Assembly (NCBI GenBank): GCA_030324005.1
Contig: JARDVH010000001.1
Coordinates: 103,665,122-103,729,121, forward strand
Length of the DNA: 64,000 nt
From: Negaprion brevirostris
Lineage: Eukaryota
Reading direction: 5' to 3'
Shown: positions 61,301-64,000 of the stretch, piece after piece
How the letters are laid out: each line of letters opens with the position of its first letter
Position numbering within the stretch: position 1 is the first letter of the stretch
The notes under the pieces: model-generated
The model's database searches: none
Seen by the model: only the letters and a program-made list of their open reading frames with translations
What the model was told of the DNA's origin: nothing
Program-made: the position numbers and the translations under genes

Positions 61301-64000
61301 TGAGCAGCAAATACTATTTTTTCTTCATCAATCTACTTCTCCAACTTTCTAAAAAGTTTTCACAGAGAATACAGCTTTATACAGAGAAATCCATTGCAGA
61401 CAATATTGGGAGCTAGTTATTTTTACAGTAGATTACCAGGCTATTGGAATTTTTGTTTTATCATTGATTTGCCTCCCATTTATTAAATATTTCCTCATGC
61501 ATGCACTCTTACCTGAATGATACAGAAAGCTTGGGCCTATGCCAGCCTTAGTTAACACCATTATGCTGCCAAGAAGTGTTAGAATAACTGGGATGACTCA
61601 ATGGATGATTCCAGTGCTCCCTCTCCCCTTGAGGGCAAACTCACCGTTTGTTAATAACAACATGACCTTGAGTGGTGAAGCTACATTATTGGACATAAAG
61701 GGCAGAGCCCAAGTCTTTCACTTCTTTAATCATGCTGGGACTCAGTATGTGATTCTGAACCCTTTCTTGTTCTCTCAAAGAATGCAAGGAATTATTTTTG
61801 GAAATTGGGCTATCTGAGCTTTCCTACCGTAAATCGAAGGGTCCTAACAAAATAAAACTAGCTCATGATAAAACAGAAGTTATCAAACAATACTCCTTGT
61901 AATGCATAGATTTCTTTTTCGTTAAATAATAGATAGTTTTGCATTGTGAACTAGGACCTCAGCTACAGTACTGTTAATGCCAAATTAGACAATAATGAAC
62001 ATGATAGATCTCGAATATGGAGGGAGAATTGTTGGTGAGAGACTACCAATGCAGCCATTATTTTGCTACAGGGCAAACTTCACTGCTATGTGAACCACTA
62101 AAACAGAATAAAGCTTTTTATTCATTATTATGGCATTTATATGTTAGTCAGAACCAACTACAATTATGAATTTAAAACTGAATTTAAACTGAGATGGGTG
62201 ATAGTCACGCCAGATGTATGTAACATTTTTATGCAGAGGAGACACAACTAATATTTTCAATGAATGTAATGGGGGATTACTGTGAGAACTAACCACAAAA
62301 ATTAATATTGACTTAATTGAGATTTTCACTTTTCGATATTCATAGTTTGTCTTGATGAAACCATACGTGATCTGGTATTCTTGATGTATTGTTATTCTTG
62401 ATGTATCTGTAATTTGGCTAGTGGGAGAAAACATGATTATTTTCACTAATTCAAGGCAATACATCATTTGTCGAAGTTGATGATTAAAGGTATTGGTATA
62501 CTAGTAACCCTACCGTTTTACTGCATTCTTGTTTTTCTGCATCCGTGGATAAAGCACTCTTATCTTCTGACAATGGTCAGTGCAAAGTGCTGCCTTATAA
62601 CAGCGTGATGCCAACTTTAATGCACAGCTGTTGATTTAGGCTGGTCTGTGGTCACTTTGTCTGGAGATCTGATCCATTGTTTCTCATGAGCTGCTGGCAA
62701 TTTGAAGACAGAATTGGGAAGGAGAGTTATGTCTCAGCCTGTGGAGTTTGCTCAAGAGGTAAAAATAATGCTCAGCTTTAGTATGGTATCTAAGAAATCG
62801 ATAAAATAGGATTACCAAGTTGTGCATAATTGGTGTGAGTGTTTTTTAAAATTCAGTATTTATAATCAGCACGAATTCAAACAAAAACAATCCCAACAGT
62901 TTCTTGGCTACAAATGTGTCACAGGTTTTTTCCTACGCTGAAATAATGTACCATGCAAGCAGTGCAAATAACAAGCTGTTGGTTTATTGGGTTACACAGA
63001 CATCAATGTTTTTGGTTGCACCCAAATCAGTAGTTCCTGGCATGTGACTTATGGACCTAATGAGAGCAATACTTAAAAATAGCACACACAGATGGGAAAC
63101 CACATTTTCTGAAGGAAATTTTGCGAGTAAAAAGTACTTGTTGGACTCTTTCCCAATCTCAAACCAATAATTTAAAACATTGCATGCTTCATCTTCAAGG
63201 CAGTTCTGGTTATCATTTTTCATTTGTGCTTTCTCATTTTCTGTTTCATTTTGCTACCCACGAATGCCTTGTACAAGAGTTGCCTGAATGATTAAATTTC
63301 AGTTGGTCACAATTCTTGATTACAGGTGGGCAAGCTCATTCTTCCCAAGATAAATGTTGGTCTCAAAACGAAGTGATAATAAACTCCATGTCGTCATGTA
63401 CTACTGCAAAATAAATTAGATGTAGTTAATGAATTAAGAATTGCCTGCTGCTTTAGGATGCTGGAATTCAGTGTGGATTTTTCTTTGCTACCTTATGGAT
63501 GGTATTAGCTACTATTTTGTGTCTAATATTTGACTACATTATCAGGTAGGTTTACAAGTTCACACTGGCGATAACAGGTTGTATCTCTAGTTTTTATTGT
63601 TAATTAAGTGAGGAAAAATATGTCTTGTGCAGTAGGTGTGGGGAATTCATAAACCCATTTATAAATAATAGATTAATGATTCCATCACATTCAGTGCACA
63701 AATACATTTCCCCCAAATTCTCCCTCATGTGATAAGTGATCTGTTGGACAGAAATGATCCCGGCTTTTCTCGTATCAAAATGCACCAATTTTGAGGTTAA
63801 GAAGGAGTTAAAAGGTATACTGTCAGAACCAGTTGGCTATATTTTTCACATATTTCCAGCTGCTTACTGAATTAATTAGCAGAAGGTGAGCATAAATTTA
63901 ATCATTTGTAAGTTATCAAACACGTATTTGCACTTCTTTATTTATAATTATAATCTGGTGTCAGAAAAACTGAATGTACTCAAACACAAAATATTTATAC

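Noticed and set aside
61539-63223. Several 80-107 aa ORFs and exon-like units in the repeat-poor right end
   Set aside because: No recognisable domains; the best-looking acceptors lead to stops or to unrecognisable peptides.

Overview
Eukaryotic, not prokaryotic: a draft-assembly window (many N gaps) from a vertebrate, most likely a shark. That assignment is inferred from HE1-type V-SINEs, SacSINE1-type DeuSINEs and the CR1, Rex1/Babar, Penelope and Harbinger remnants typical of elasmobranchs. It reads as intronic or intergenic DNA densely covered by decayed mobile elements. I recognise no intact host gene, tRNA/rRNA gene or CRISPR array, and almost all ORFs in the track are spurious or transposon pseudogene fragments. 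Family names come from recalled consensus sequences, not database searches, and the boundaries of old elements are approximate. The most interesting structures are: (1) a nest at 31.4-34.2 kb in which a V-SINE is split by a Harbinger-type element, itself split by a TA-flanked Tigger-like element carrying about 1.3 kb of non-transposase, CpG-retaining cargo with splice donors; (2) a Penelope-type insertion at 35442-35709 with a 14-bp target duplication, a hammerhead-ribozyme core and an 84-bp copy of DNA from 1 kb downstream; (3) a palindromic Penelope-derived insertion with hammerhead motifs on both strands; (4) Harbinger-type MITEs with ATG/CAT target duplications; (5) SINE-LINE tail partnerships visible within the window, including an apparent tail swap of the V-SINE to a Rex1/Babar-like 3' end.
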